From positions 32,001 through 96,000 of IMG/VR virus record IMGVR_UViG_3300031992_000022: DNA of 64,000 nt; one strand, given 5' to 3'. Within the stretch, counting starts at the first letter, position 1. Every line of letters starts with the position of its first letter. The stretch comes from a virus. Taxonomy: Duplodnaviria; Caudoviricetes. The notes beneath the pieces were generated by a model. The model was not told where the DNA came from, searched no databases, and saw only the letters and a list, made by a program, of their open reading frames with translations. Shown here piece after piece: positions 42,878-54,640 of the stretch. The position numbers were made by a program, and so were the translations under genes.

Positions 42878-43623
42878 TAAGCCTCCTCACTCTCACCTTC
42901 ATCCATTGGTGGTATATCTTCTAATCCTCCAGCTAATAAATCGCCTGACATATCTCCGCCACCATCCATATTATCTGCTGGTAAGCCTTCATTGTTTTCT
43001 TCTGCTTCATCATCAGTTGGAATTTCTTCATCATCTTCTCCCTCAACATTTATATCTAAATCATCTGATGGAATTTCCATAGTTGGAAAAGACTCTCCAG
43101 CTAATTGCTCATCTTCATAATTAGGTGTAAGATTATAATTTTCTAAATCAAATGCAATACCATAAATTTGAGCTGCTGCGGAATCAAGAATTTTTTGTTT
43201 TTGTTCAATTTTTGTTTTTAATTCAGAATCGCCATTAAGCATATTTCTTGCTTGGATAATTTTAAATTTAAAATCTTCAATACGTTTTAATACGCCACGA
43301 GCTTCAATACTCAAATTATTAAATACTTGTGTAATTAATTGATCACTAATTCGCCTATTTGTTTGTTCTTCCGATTCGGTATATGGATCAAATGGGTCCA
43401 TATCCATAGGCTCAGTTACCATTTTTTCAATATCAGATTTTGGTGTATCATTATTATTAAATAAATTATCAAAATCAAATTGAAAATCATCTTTATCATC
43501 AGTATTAGTATCAATATCAGTATCGATATTAGTATCAGTATCTGTATTAATATCAGTATTAACATCCATATCCATATCTGTATCAGTATCGGCTGCAATA
43601 CGTAATAAAATTCTATTATTCAA
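42877..43623 (-). CDS. Acidic head-module protein (scaffold-like)
   Basis: N-term MNNRILLRIA, DT repeats, D/E-rich tail. Confidence 0.65.
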   Translation of the reverse strand: MNNRILLRIAADTDTDMDMDVNTDINTDTDTNIDTDIDTNTDDKDDFQFDFDNLFNNNDTPKSDIEKMVTEPMDMDPFDPYTESEEQTNRRISDQLITQVFNNLSIEARGVLKRIEDFKFKIIQARNMLNGDSELKTKIEQKQKILDSAAAQIYGIAFDLENYNLTPNYEDEQLAGESFPTMEIPSDDLDINVEGEDDEEIPTDDEAEENNEGLPADNMDGGGDMSGDLLAGGLEDIPPMDEGESEEA

Positions 43624-43639
43624 TATTTATCACTTCTTT

Positions 43640-44056
43640 TTAATATAATCGGTGTATTTCTAAAAAATATAAATTAAAATTCATACCATAATATATCTTA
43701 TATATACTATGCACTAATAATGCTTGACAAATTTCATCATTCGTACAATGTATATTTGCATAAGAATCTATAACTGCTACATTACCTTTTAATATACTAC
43801 CAAACGCAATAGCATTATTTATATTTAATATCGATTTTTTACGAAGAAAGCGATATTGTAAATATGATTCTTTTTCTTCATCACTAATATTTAATAAATC
43901 AAAAATTAATATATGATTTTTACCAATATATATTCGCTTATTAAAAAATAAAAATGCTCCTATTCGCTGCATTTCTGTAGATTTCGATAAATATATATGA
44001 GCATTTTTATCTGTTATTTTATATACATCATTTGGCAAAATATTATAATGTCTCAT
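43640..44056 (-). CDS. Paralog-family protein
   Basis: Clearly similar to 45232..45681 (AF..IYIG.NH..AFG.I..NVAVIDSY). Confidence 0.7.
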   Translation of the reverse strand: MRHYNILPNDVYKITDKNAHIYLSKSTEMQRIGAFLFFNKRIYIGKNHILIFDLLNISDEEKESYLQYRFLRKKSILNINNAIAFGSILKGNVAVIDSYANIHCTNDEICQALLVHSIYKIYYGMNFNLYFLEIHRLY

Positions 44057-45161
44057 AACTATTTACCTTTTTTTTACTTAATATATTTAATTTATCTTTA
44101 TAATATCTTATGCATTCATAAAAAAATGAAATAAAATGCTTACCATAAATATATCCTTTATTTTGCAACTGTTGTATTAATAATATATCATTATCATCGG
44201 TCAATAATAAACTAAACTGATTAATATTAGTTAATTCATTAATATTATTACATTTATAAATATATTCTATATTTAGTCTATCAACTAATAATTGACTTAA
44301 TAAATTATTATTACCAATTATATAAATTGTATTAAAATTAGTTGTTGATAAATAATGTATTATATCTTGTTTATTTTTAATTCTTACTGCTATCCGTTGT
44401 TTTACTATATTAATTAACCATTCATATATAATATTACATTTATCTTCCAATTGATTTAAAATATTAGTAAAATTATATCCATAATACTTTAATAATTGTG
44501 CATAAAATTGAGGTTCATAAGTATACCATCCATGACATCCAAATGGTAATATATTTTTATTTTTTTTAATACTTCTACTTGGGCGAAATTCCATAGAAAA
44601 TTGATATGCAATATTAATTGGCGCAACATTAAAATTATTATACATACTACAGTGAGAAAAAAATACATCTTCATTGAAATGATTATTTAAATAATATTCG
44701 ACTTGTTTATTATATTGCTTAAGTATATTATAACATGATTGTACTTTACGTAATGAAAATCCTCCATTGCCAACATGAATATGCTGATTATTATAAGAAT
44801 AAATCCACATATATGGCCAAGGAGCACCAATATAATCATAATTTAATTGACAAAAATATTCTAACATATCATAAAAGACAAATGCATCTAATTGATAAAT
44901 TAATATATAATCTGATTCTAAAAATATTTTATAAAAATTTGGAGATAGCATTAATTCATTATAAGCATATTTACTAATAAAATATTTAGGATTAAAACGA
45001 ATAACAATATCATTATTATTTAAATATTTAAAACTTACATTTTTTGGCGCAATAAAAATTATTTGATAATTATATAATATTTTTCTTACTTGTTGTAATG
45101 ATATTTCTTCAAATGGATTTAAGGTATCTTTATATATGGGAATAACAACAGTTGCACGCAT
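44043..45161 (-). CDS. DUF5672-like glycosyltransferase-family protein
   Basis: VVIPIYK, ILIYQLDAFVF, YDYIGAPW, VGNGGFSLRK, NEDVFF, PFGCH. Confidence 0.8.
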   Translation of the reverse strand: MRATVVIPIYKDTLNPFEEISLQQVRKILYNYQIIFIAPKNVSFKYLNNNDIVIRFNPKYFISKYAYNELMLSPNFYKIFLESDYILIYQLDAFVFYDMLEYFCQLNYDYIGAPWPYMWIYSYNNQHIHVGNGGFSLRKVQSCYNILKQYNKQVEYYLNNHFNEDVFFSHCSMYNNFNVAPINIAYQFSMEFRPSRSIKKNKNILPFGCHGWYTYEPQFYAQLLKYYGYNFTNILNQLEDKCNIIYEWLINIVKQRIAVRIKNKQDIIHYLSTTNFNTIYIIGNNNLLSQLLVDRLNIEYIYKCNNINELTNINQFSLLLTDDNDILLIQQLQNKGYIYGKHFISFFYECIRYYKDKLNILSKKKVNSYETL

Positions 45162-45231
45162 ACATTATACCTCCAATATATATTATATATAAAAAAATAA
45201 GTATTTAATCTTATTAAATACTTATAAAAAA

Positions 45232-45681
45232 TTACTTTTTAGCTATTCTATCGATTTCTGTTAATTTTAATTGTGGAGTATATCCACTATATATTTTTGT
45301 ATATCCATTTGATAATAAAGCATTTTTTATATCTTCGTCTGTACAATTTAAATTAGTATATGAATCAATAATCGCTACATTATTATTTAAAATATGTCCA
45401 AATGAAACTTTATCATTTACATTATTTAATGTACCACGTTTTAATCTATATGTATATAATAATCGTCTTTTTTTATTGCTCAAGTCTTTAATTTTATTAA
45501 TTGCAGTAACATGATTAACGCCTATATATATTTTATCATTAAAATATACAAATGCTTTATCTCTTTGTAATTCTGCAGATGTTGTTAAATTTATATGCGC
45601 TTTAGAATCTTGAATTCTATATACTTGATTTGGTGGAATATTATCATATATGTCTGCAATTTTATATAATAATCTATTCAT
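45232..45681 (-). CDS. Paralog-family protein (minimal member)
   Basis: MNRLLYKIA..SFGHI..VAIID..KIY..RIAKK. Confidence 0.7.
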   Translation of the reverse strand: MNRLLYKIADIYDNIPPNQVYRIQDSKAHINLTTSAELQRDKAFVYFNDKIYIGVNHVTAINKIKDLSNKKRRLLYTYRLKRGTLNNVNDKVSFGHILNNNVAIIDSYTNLNCTDEDIKNALLSNGYTKIYSGYTPQLKLTEIDRIAKK

Positions 45682-45684
45682 TAG

Positions 45685-46572
45685 TTATCCCCAAGGTAAA
45701 TTACTTAATTCATCAAATAATGAAGTTAATTGATTCTCAAATATTCGTTGATTTTTTTCATTTGCTATATCAATTAATTTAGATTTATGTTTTCTTCCTC
45801 TACAAGCTATACGTTCCATAATTTTTGCATTAGGATCTGCTCCAATAGAAACAAAACTATCTTCAAAAAATTCGCAATTTCTATTATCTTCCCAGACCTT
45901 TAATCCATTTAACACTGAGCCTTTATGATTTTTAATATGATCACAAAATTCTTCTTCTGTATGAGCTTTATTACCGCATATTGAACAAATAGAATATGCA
46001 CAACGGGTACCCATTGAAGTAGAAGTAATATACCCAGCCTCGATTCCACGAGCTAATTCTGGATAAGCCTTTTTATCAACAGCTTTTAATAATTCAACAA
46101 ATTTACCGCGCTCGTTAAAAACTGCATCCATAATAATACCGCGAGCTTGTTCTACATTTTCATTATTATGATCAACAAAAATTGCTTTGCCAATAAATGT
46201 TTTATACGACTGACGTAATTCATCTGCACTGAAAAAATCAGCATTATCATTAGGTCCACGTACTATGGAATTATATTTAAAAAAATTTTTATACATAGTA
46301 TCTAATGGTATTTCTTCAGCTGTGTTGCCTTTATCAATAACATTACCTGCAGAAATAGCTCTATTACGAATATAAAGAAAATCAGTTGATTTGGGAGCAA
46401 CTGTAATATATTTAGCTGTTTTTATCATACCTTGTGTTTCTTTATTTACTATTAATGAACCACTTTTACGTAAAATATCGAAATTGGGTTTTATATTAGT
46501 TTCAATATATAAATGATTATTATTATAATTATAGTCATTAATTCTAAAATTACTACCAATTCTTACTAGCAT
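45685..46572 (-). CDS. Prohead (capsid maturation) protease with Zn-finger insert
   Basis: TFIGKAIFVDH..ARGII..STSMG..CSICG..CDH..FFEDSFV..GADP.A. Confidence 0.8.
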   Translation of the reverse strand: MLVRIGSNFRINDYNYNNNHLYIETNIKPNFDILRKSGSLIVNKETQGMIKTAKYITVAPKSTDFLYIRNRAISAGNVIDKGNTAEEIPLDTMYKNFFKYNSIVRGPNDNADFFSADELRQSYKTFIGKAIFVDHNNENVEQARGIIMDAVFNERGKFVELLKAVDKKAYPELARGIEAGYITSTSMGTRCAYSICSICGNKAHTEEEFCDHIKNHKGSVLNGLKVWEDNRNCEFFEDSFVSIGADPNAKIMERIACRGRKHKSKLIDIANEKNQRIFENQLTSLFDELSNLPWG

Positions 46573-46584
46573 TAATTCAACACC

Positions 46585-47463
46585 TTACATTATCCTTTTA
46601 GCCATACGCTGAGCTTGTAATTTATCGCCTGATTTATTTTGAACAAAATATATTTTATTTGCACTTGCTGCATTTTTTAACGCTTGATAACCAGATACAC
46701 CTAATCCCTCTTCTTTTACTACAAATAAAGTATTATCTGGATATTTCATTCCATATGCCCAATACTTAATAGGTATACGAGTACCAATTTCTGTTTCATG
46801 TAATAGATTTAATTCTTTTTTAAAAGAATCTTCTGTAGGATATGCGTCATTAACAGAATCACATATTTTAAATTTACCATTAGCATAAATAAAAAATTCG
46901 CCAGAATTATCATATTTAAATATTGCTTTTGCAAAAACATTATCTGTTAAATCGCCAGCATTACTTATATTATTAATTTGTTGTTTCTCTACACCTTTAG
47001 TTTGAGTATTATTAATTTGTTCTGATTGATTATTTGTAGTACGTTCTTGATTGTTACGTTTCCATTGATCAACAACTCGTGAAATAATATTTCCATTAGT
47101 ACGAATATATTGTCCAATATTTCTAGCTAACGGAGTAATATTATCCCCAGTATTATAAATAATAACACCATCTTGAGATATATCAGTATATATTCCTTGA
47201 ATTACTTTTTTAATAACAAGACTAAGTTTTAACTTTTTAAATTGAGTTATAAAATCGGTATAATTTTTAATATTAGTATCATTAAGTAAATTTTGATAAG
47301 CTTTAAAACTCCATAAAGCTTTTGATATATGCCAATTAACAGTATTTAAACTATATCCATTATGATGCGTTTTTTTAATTATTTCTACTAGATTATTAAT
47401 AGTTTTTATATTACTTAATTTTACTGATTTATTATTTTTAGCAATACGCTGTAAAATTCTCAT
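46585..47463 (-). CDS. Paralog-family protein
   Basis: MRILQRIA..WAYG..KIY..QRMAKR; similar to 49464..50240. Confidence 0.7.
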   Translation of the reverse strand: MRILQRIAKNNKSVKLSNIKTINNLVEIIKKTHHNGYSLNTVNWHISKALWSFKAYQNLLNDTNIKNYTDFITQFKKLKLSLVIKKVIQGIYTDISQDGVIIYNTGDNITPLARNIGQYIRTNGNIISRVVDQWKRNNQERTTNNQSEQINNTQTKGVEKQQINNISNAGDLTDNVFAKAIFKYDNSGEFFIYANGKFKICDSVNDAYPTEDSFKKELNLLHETEIGTRIPIKYWAYGMKYPDNTLFVVKEEGLGVSGYQALKNAASANKIYFVQNKSGDKLQAQRMAKRIM

Positions 47464-47479
47464 ATTATATTTTTCTCTC

Positions 47480-49450
47480 CTATTTTTTCCAAATTAATTT
47501 AGCTAATTTAGCGCGGCGAATAATTCTTGCAGCTAAATTAACTTGTTCATTTAATTCATATATTTTATTAATTTGCGAATCCTTTTTACAAATATTTACA
47601 ATATCATTAATATTCATATTATTATTTTTATGAATACATACTATTCCATTATCTGTAATAGTACCGATTGCATAATTTAAATTTTTATTAGTTAATTCAT
47701 TGATATATTGTATATTATTATTAGGCGGTAAATATTTAATATTGCCATCAGAAGATATAATAATTTTAGTCTGATAATAATTAGCTAATGAAATATTTTC
47801 TTGATCTCCAACATTATCATTTTTTCTATTTAATGATGGTAATGTTGGTAAATTTTTTATTTGCTGTAAAGACATATTTCGTAAATTATTATCATTATTA
47901 TTTTGTTTTAATTTAAAATTTACCTGCGACTTATCTACTATTTTAGCTTCTTCTTTTTGATTAGTTTTTACTTTTTTATTTTGATATTCTTTATTCAGAT
48001 ATTTTTTATTTGGATATTCTTTATTTTTATCTTTTGTTGTATTATCTGCTCTAATAAAGAGTTTAGTAATTAAATTAGATAAAGATGACATAGATTTTTC
48101 TAAACCTATAAAAACGCAATTTTTAAATTGTGTATTCTTATAAAGAATATTTGCTACAGATTTCATTAAATTAGTATTTCTATATATAGTAAAATTACCT
48201 TTTGGAAAAATTGATAATAATATATCCGTAACTATTTGTTTTACCGCTGGGTCAGAAATGCCATCCATATTATTTATAAATGATTGTCTGATTTTAAAAA
48301 GGTTATCTGCAGATATTTTTGATTTAATTACATTCATTAATTCATTAATAGATTTAACATTATTAATATATTTAACAATTGATCTGAATAAATATTCTGG
48401 CAATTTTTTAAATCGTTGCCAAGAATCATTTAAGCCTAAATAATATTGATAATTACTACTTACATTTTTTACACTATTATTAAATTGTTGCTGAGTATAT
48501 TCTATATTTTTATTTTCACATATTTTTTCAATTGTTAAATTCTGAATATATTTATCATTATATTGGCCAGACTTTTTAATAATTTTTTTAACACCGATTC
48601 TATCTAAATAAAATTTACTATTTAATACATTTTTGCAGCTACGAATAAATATATCGTGTATTAAATCGCTTGGCATATATATTCGCAAATCGTTATCTAA
48701 ATGATCATTATATTCTATTTCTACATTATTATCATGTGTATATATATCTTTTATAAGTTCTTTAATAATTGGCAATTTATTTCCTTGAAAATATTTAAAA
48801 TAAAAAGCTTTAATCGACATAACTCTTTCTTGTAAAAATTGATTTAATTCATCTTTACTAATTATGCCTTTAGGATAACGCTTAATAAAACTAGCTTTAA
48901 TAGCCTCACAAATTGCATTAGTTTCATCTTCATTATAACATATAAAATTAAAAACAGCTGATTCAATAATATCACTTAATAAATCGCTAAGTTCAATATT
49001 ACGTTTATTATGTAAATATTTTTTTAAATCTGCTATATTATCTATAGATTTCACAATAGACTTGTCATTAGATTTATGAAATACATTATAAATATGTAAA
49101 TTAATTTCTTTATAAAGATCACTTTCATTATTATCTAGATTAATTTTAATATATTGAATTATATTTTTAATAACTTCGTTAAAATTATATACTTTTATCT
49201 GATTAAATATTTTATTATTTGATAATAATTCTTTTAATATTATTTTTGCTATCTGGCCTAATTTTGCTTCAATTAATTTATCAAAAATTTGACTATTACT
49301 TAATTTTTTATTATTAATTAATTTTTTAAATAAAGTTGAATTAATAATAATATTTGCTATTTTTTGATCAGAAAAATCATTATTATTAACTACATCTCTA
49401 AAATTTTTATCAAATGATAATTTTTTACGCGCTACAATTAATCGCTGCAT
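47480..49450 (-). CDS. Paralog-family protein (656 aa)
   Basis: MQRLIVA..YAIG..KIY..RRAK. Confidence 0.7.
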   Translation of the reverse strand: MQRLIVARKKLSFDKNFRDVVNNNDFSDQKIANIIINSTLFKKLINNKKLSNSQIFDKLIEAKLGQIAKIILKELLSNNKIFNQIKVYNFNEVIKNIIQYIKINLDNNESDLYKEINLHIYNVFHKSNDKSIVKSIDNIADLKKYLHNKRNIELSDLLSDIIESAVFNFICYNEDETNAICEAIKASFIKRYPKGIISKDELNQFLQERVMSIKAFYFKYFQGNKLPIIKELIKDIYTHDNNVEIEYNDHLDNDLRIYMPSDLIHDIFIRSCKNVLNSKFYLDRIGVKKIIKKSGQYNDKYIQNLTIEKICENKNIEYTQQQFNNSVKNVSSNYQYYLGLNDSWQRFKKLPEYLFRSIVKYINNVKSINELMNVIKSKISADNLFKIRQSFINNMDGISDPAVKQIVTDILLSIFPKGNFTIYRNTNLMKSVANILYKNTQFKNCVFIGLEKSMSSLSNLITKLFIRADNTTKDKNKEYPNKKYLNKEYQNKKVKTNQKEEAKIVDKSQVNFKLKQNNNDNNLRNMSLQQIKNLPTLPSLNRKNDNVGDQENISLANYYQTKIIISSDGNIKYLPPNNNIQYINELTNKNLNYAIGTITDNGIVCIHKNNNMNINDIVNICKKDSQINKIYELNEQVNLAARIIRRAKLAKLIWKK

Positions 49451-49463
49451 TAATTAACCTCCT

Positions 49464-50240
49464 TTACGCTATCTTACTTGCCATACGTTGAGTCATTAAT
49501 CTATTTCTTTTTTTGTCTAATATTTTATAAATTTTAGGTGCTTCAGCTTGTTTTTTTAATTCTTGATATGACGATATACCCATACCTTGGTCTTTAATGA
49601 TAAAACAAATATTATTAGGATATTGCATACCATAAGCATATGATTGTATATTATCATATTGAGATAGATATTGATTAAGCATATCTTCTGTAGGATAATC
49701 TACATATGAATTTTCATCTATAATAAATTCATTATTAATGAACAAAAATAATTGTCCGCTATTAGTATATTTAAAAGTATTTTTTTCAAATAATTTATCA
49801 TTTATATTATCTGCATTATATATACTATCTTGTAATTTATCAATAGTATTAGTTTCTTGCTGATGCTTTTCTTTCCACAAATTATAAGCCATTTGAATAA
49901 TATTCGCATTAGTACGTATATATCTAGCAGTATTTTTTATTAAAGTAGTAATATCATCACCACGATTATAAGTAATAATATTAGTATCTTTAATATAATT
50001 ATACATGTTATTAATTAATGTAACAGCAATTTTATCAAATCTTTTTGCTTTAAATTTTTGAGCGAATTGAGCTAATGAAGTCACATTTTCATTATTAATT
50101 AATTTATTAAAATATGATTGCCGTTGTAATTCGAATAAGACAGAACGATTAAAATTATTAGCTAATTCATAACCTTTCCAATTTTTTTGTATAACTTTAA
50201 AAAAATCTTGCAATGTTGAAATATTTTTTAACTCAGTCAT
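49464..50240 (-). CDS. Paralog-family protein
   Basis: YAYGMQYP..KIY..QRMASK. Confidence 0.7.
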   Translation of the reverse strand: MTELKNISTLQDFFKVIQKNWKGYELANNFNRSVLFELQRQSYFNKLINNENVTSLAQFAQKFKAKRFDKIAVTLINNMYNYIKDTNIITYNRGDDITTLIKNTARYIRTNANIIQMAYNLWKEKHQQETNTIDKLQDSIYNADNINDKLFEKNTFKYTNSGQLFLFINNEFIIDENSYVDYPTEDMLNQYLSQYDNIQSYAYGMQYPNNICFIIKDQGMGISSYQELKKQAEAPKIYKILDKKRNRLMTQRMASKIA

Positions 50241-53200
50241 TAATTGTATAACCTCTTATTAATTAATTTTGCTAATCTACGTTCAGTTAATATATTATTA
50301 TCATTATTAATTGTTAAATAAACTTTTTGAATATTTTTAGAAGGATCATTTATTAATATATTAACTGCTTCTTCTTCGGAACAATTAATTAATGGATCTA
50401 AAAATACACAATTTTTAATTATATACCCTTGTGCATAATTATATATAGATTCATGTATATTTAAATTATATAAATATTCTTCAAAAGACTTATCTATATT
50501 AAAAACATATGCTTGATTATTAACAATTAATATTTTATTTTTTAATGAATAATCTTTAAATTGATGTACATCGCCTTTTGAATCATTAATACTATTTGCT
50601 TTAGCTAGAGTATCAAATGCCATATTATATACTTTATTATTTAAAGCATTATCAAAATAAGCATTATAATATTTATCAAATGCTACATATAAACGTTGAT
50701 TAATTTTATTTATTATATTAGTATTATGTAATAAATAATCTCTAATTTGTTTATTAAATAGAGTTCTTTGATTCATTACTTCACGAATAAAAAACTTATG
50801 TTTATTATCTGAAATGTTAAATAAAAAAATCCGTAAGAATTCTGCAAATCTATTACGTTCATTAGTAATTAAAGTAGTTAATTGTACTTTTTTTAACAGA
50901 CTTTCTGCGAATTTTTTAGTTGGTAATTGTTTTGCGAAAGTTCCTTCAAATAATGGTTTAAATATGCGCTTATATGATTCACCATTAAAACTTTCTATAT
51001 GTCCAATAGCAGCTTTAACAATTTCATTATCGATATTAAATGATGAATTATATGAATGAATTAATTGTTCTAATTGAGTAATTGTAAAATCGTCTAATAC
51101 ATATGATTGTATTTCGTTAATATTTACTTGAGATGTATTATTTTTATCTAGCTCAATATTAAAATTATTCTCTTGCACTAGTTTATCATTTTTATTTTTT
51201 AACCGAGAACGAAACTTAGGAAAGCGAGATCGCTTAGGCATTGTCCGCGATTTTAATCTAGATTTACTTTTTTGATTTATATTTTCTGATTCATTATTTA
51301 AATTATTTTCATTATTATCAATACTATTATTCGTATCTTTATTATTATTTGTATCTTTAGTATCTTTAGTATCTTTAGCATCATTATTATTTGTATCATT
51401 ATTATTATTTGTATCATTATTATTAATATTATTGTTAGTAACATTGATATTATTACTATTATTATTAGCAATATATATATCTGGATAATGTTGCATATAT
51501 AATGTATTATTAATATCTAATATGTATTTATTACCAATTATTTCAATAAAATGTTTAAATAAATCTGTATTAATATGCTGAAGTATATCTTTATATAATT
51601 TACTATTTATAGATATTCTTGGTAAAGTGGGTATTTGTTTATTAATATTATCAATTAATGGATCAATAGAATATTGTTTTTTTTGTAACAAATTATTACG
51701 TATACGTACAAAATTTTTATATGATATAAGCTTAATATATAATTGTTTAATAGCATCATATAATTGTTTTTGTGTACTAATCTGCATATCTTTTAAATCA
51801 TTACATATTCCTTTAATAATGATATTACAAAATAATGATAATAATTGCGCAGGTAAAAAACTAGATTCTAAATTAATTATTTCTAATATTTTATTATTAG
51901 TTAATTTATTTAATTGATCCAATGTTAAATCATTAATATTAATATTTTTATATGAATTTTTATTAGTATTATTATCAGTATTATTATCAGTATTATTATC
52001 AGTATTATTATCAGTATTATTATCAGTATTATTATCTGTATTATTATTAATCGTTTTATTAACATTATCTGATTGAATAGGTAATGATGTATCTCGTTGC
52101 TGATAATTTTTTATAGCTTCTCTGAATGATCTAGTTGAATAATATTTTTTATCACTTTGAATTGTATCTATAGCATTTAAAAAAACTGTATTATAACACG
52201 CACTATCTAAATTATTCGCATCATAATTTTCATGAAAAACTGATACTGTAATCTTTTGAAAATATGATTTTAAATTATGCCATGAAAAAGTACTTCCATT
52301 TGTTTCAAGTATATACTTAGATAATGATTTTGCTAATGTAGATTGCGTGTCAATATCAACGAATTCTAAATCAGGAAATAATTGAGTTATAATATTTAAT
52401 ATTAACGGATCTTGAATATTTTTATATGATTCAAAAAATAATGATCTTACCTTATTCGCCATAGAATTAAGATCATCACCATTGTATTCATTTTCTAATA
52501 AATCATTATATCGTTGTCTCAATATTGCAAATATTTCACGTAATTCACGTTTATTACCGCTAGCTTTCTGTGAAATAGTACCTAAATTATGTAATAGCTT
52601 CTGTATTAGTATTTGTGTAAATTCACGATAATATTCATTATTTTTAGGCAAAAACAATTCTTCAGTATGTTGTAAATTATTTTCAATAACTTTATTAAGC
52701 TGGCTAGTCGAAAACATATATGACAATGTTTTAATATCTTTTGAATATAAATCATCAATTAAAATTAATGGAAAAAATTTTAAATACATATAATGTATAT
52801 TTTGTATATTATTTTGTTTATTAGATGAATAAATTATACGATCTTTATATACTTTGTCATTTCTAAATTTATTAATAAAAGCTTTTTTTATTTCATTAAG
52901 ATATACTGAATTTTGTAAATACTGTAATACAACTAAATATAATGGTTTAGGATAAATTAAATAATCATTTTTAACATTTAATTTCTTTTTTAATTCACTA
53001 TTTAAATTACCAATAATTGCATCAATTTTTGGATCATTATTATCATTATAATCTTTCAATATTGTATTTCGAGTATTAATAATGTATTGATTATTTAAAT
53101 TATCAATTTTATCTTCTATAATTTTTATTAATTCTTCCTTAGTCTTTATAGAATTAATTTTATTATCTTGTTTTAATACATTACATATATGCAATCTAAT

Positions 53201-54640
53201 ATCATGAATAAATCTTTGAAAGCAATTATTATTATTTACTTTTACTGTTGGAAAAAATAATTGATCAGTACTTATAGTATCATAAATAATTTTTGTTACT
53301 GTTGTAGTACCCAATTTATTCATTAAAATTTTAATATCCCATGTATTTGGATCATTAATATTTATTTGTGTATTATCTGCTGTATCTTGTATTTCAGTTG
53401 GAGTAATTAATTCAGTTGTTTCAGTTCCTTGCTTTTTTTTTAAAATATCTGCAAAAGATTGTTTTTGAATATTATCATTAATATAATTTGATTTTTTTTC
53501 TAAAAATTTATTTAAATAAATATCAATAAAATTATTATTTTCTGTTCTTGATCTATCAAAAATATATTGTATACATTCATCTAAATAATCTGATGCGACT
53601 TGTTCTAAAACTTCATCAATTCGTTCTGCTCCAGTTTTACGTAAATTACATTCTTGAAATTTATCTTCTGGAAATTCACTTTGAATATATGTATTAATTA
53701 TATAATCTACAATTGGATCTATATGATTAAAATCATTATCATAATTTATAATTGTTCTACGGCACAATACAAAATCAGATAATTGTAATCCTAAAAAATT
53801 ATCATATAAAAAATTTAAAAATTGATTATAATTATTAATTATGCCTTCTCTTTCATTATAGGTATTAACAATAGATCCTAATATTAAACCAGCCAATTTA
53901 CGATAACTTTGATTAATATCATGATATAAAAAATCTGCTTCTACAATGGCACTTTGTGCTACATCCATAATTTCTAAATCGCTATTAAATCTATCAGATA
54001 AATCATCAATATTTAATTTACTAATAGCTTCTAATTGCTCATAAGTATATTCTATATCTGTATTATTGTTATCATTACCTGTAGATACAACTGTATTTTC
54101 AATAGTAGAAAATGCTTGTTCTAAAATATTATAAACATTATCATCTTTAATAAATTCATCAAATTGACTTTGTAATTCAGCATTAATATCTTCATATTTA
54201 TCAGATAAATAATTAAATATTCCAATTCTTAATATTTGCTGATGTAAGTCATTAATAGATTTATATTGTATATTACAATTAGATTTATCATTAATATTAT
54301 TAACAATATCATTTAATATCGACTTGGAACTTAAAACATTATTAATATCAAGATCATTTTTTAAATATTCTAATACATCATCAATTGATTGTACTTGCAC
54401 ACTATTACCATCTAAACCTGATAAAGTTAATATTCTTAATATTTCAACAATAAAATAATTCGATGTATATTGCTCATTACTTTCTGATAAAATATTCTTA
54501 TCAAAAATGCTATCAAAAATAATTTGATCTGCATTAGGAATCTTATTTAAAGCATTGACTAATAATTGAATTTTTACATCTTTTTTTTGTCTGCTAGACA
54601 AATTAACATCTTCAGCTATACGTATTAATCGCTTAATAAT
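50240..54640 (-). CDS. Large paralog-family protein (about 1466 aa; probable ATT start at 54640 or 54637)
   Basis: Frame open upstream of the TTG, reading IIKRLIRIA after a GAAGGTGA RBS; C-term YAQG..KVY..RRLAK; internal TDN repeats. Confidence 0.7.
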   Translation of the reverse strand: MIKRLIRIAEDVNLSSRQKKDVKIQLLVNALNKIPNADQIIFDSIFDKNILSESNEQYTSNYFIVEILRILTLSGLDGNSVQVQSIDDVLEYLKNDLDINNVLSSKSILNDIVNNINDKSNCNIQYKSINDLHQQILRIGIFNYLSDKYEDINAELQSQFDEFIKDDNVYNILEQAFSTIENTVVSTGNDNNNTDIEYTYEQLEAISKLNIDDLSDRFNSDLEIMDVAQSAIVEADFLYHDINQSYRKLAGLILGSIVNTYNEREGIINNYNQFLNFLYDNFLGLQLSDFVLCRRTIINYDNDFNHIDPIVDYIINTYIQSEFPEDKFQECNLRKTGAERIDEVLEQVASDYLDECIQYIFDRSRTENNNFIDIYLNKFLEKKSNYINDNIQKQSFADILKKKQGTETTELITPTEIQDTADNTQININDPNTWDIKILMNKLGTTTVTKIIYDTISTDQLFFPTVKVNNNNCFQRFIHDIRLHICNVLKQDNKINSIKTKEELIKIIEDKIDNLNNQYIINTRNTILKDYNDNNDPKIDAIIGNLNSELKKKLNVKNDYLIYPKPLYLVVLQYLQNSVYLNEIKKAFINKFRNDKVYKDRIIYSSNKQNNIQNIHYMYLKFFPLILIDDLYSKDIKTLSYMFSTSQLNKVIENNLQHTEELFLPKNNEYYREFTQILIQKLLHNLGTISQKASGNKRELREIFAILRQRYNDLLENEYNGDDLNSMANKVRSLFFESYKNIQDPLILNIITQLFPDLEFVDIDTQSTLAKSLSKYILETNGSTFSWHNLKSYFQKITVSVFHENYDANNLDSACYNTVFLNAIDTIQSDKKYYSTRSFREAIKNYQQRDTSLPIQSDNVNKTINNNTDNNTDNNTDNNTDNNTDNNTDNNTNKNSYKNININDLTLDQLNKLTNNKILEIINLESSFLPAQLLSLFCNIIIKGICNDLKDMQISTQKQLYDAIKQLYIKLISYKNFVRIRNNLLQKKQYSIDPLIDNINKQIPTLPRISINSKLYKDILQHINTDLFKHFIEIIGNKYILDINNTLYMQHYPDIYIANNNSNNINVTNNNINNNDTNNNNDTNNNDAKDTKDTKDTNNNKDTNNSIDNNENNLNNESENINQKSKSRLKSRTMPKRSRFPKFRSRLKNKNDKLVQENNFNIELDKNNTSQVNINEIQSYVLDDFTITQLEQLIHSYNSSFNIDNEIVKAAIGHIESFNGESYKRIFKPLFEGTFAKQLPTKKFAESLLKKVQLTTLITNERNRFAEFLRIFLFNISDNKHKFFIREVMNQRTLFNKQIRDYLLHNTNIINKINQRLYVAFDKYYNAYFDNALNNKVYNMAFDTLAKANSINDSKGDVHQFKDYSLKNKILIVNNQAYVFNIDKSFEEYLYNLNIHESIYNYAQGYIIKNCVFLDPLINCSEEEAVNILINDPSKNIQKVYLTINNDNNILTERRLAKLINKRLYN

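Noticed and set aside
51960-52050. 12-nt tandem repeat (and similar repeats near 30760, 43500, 51340)
   Set aside because: In-frame low-complexity coding repeats such as TDNN, not regulatory arrays
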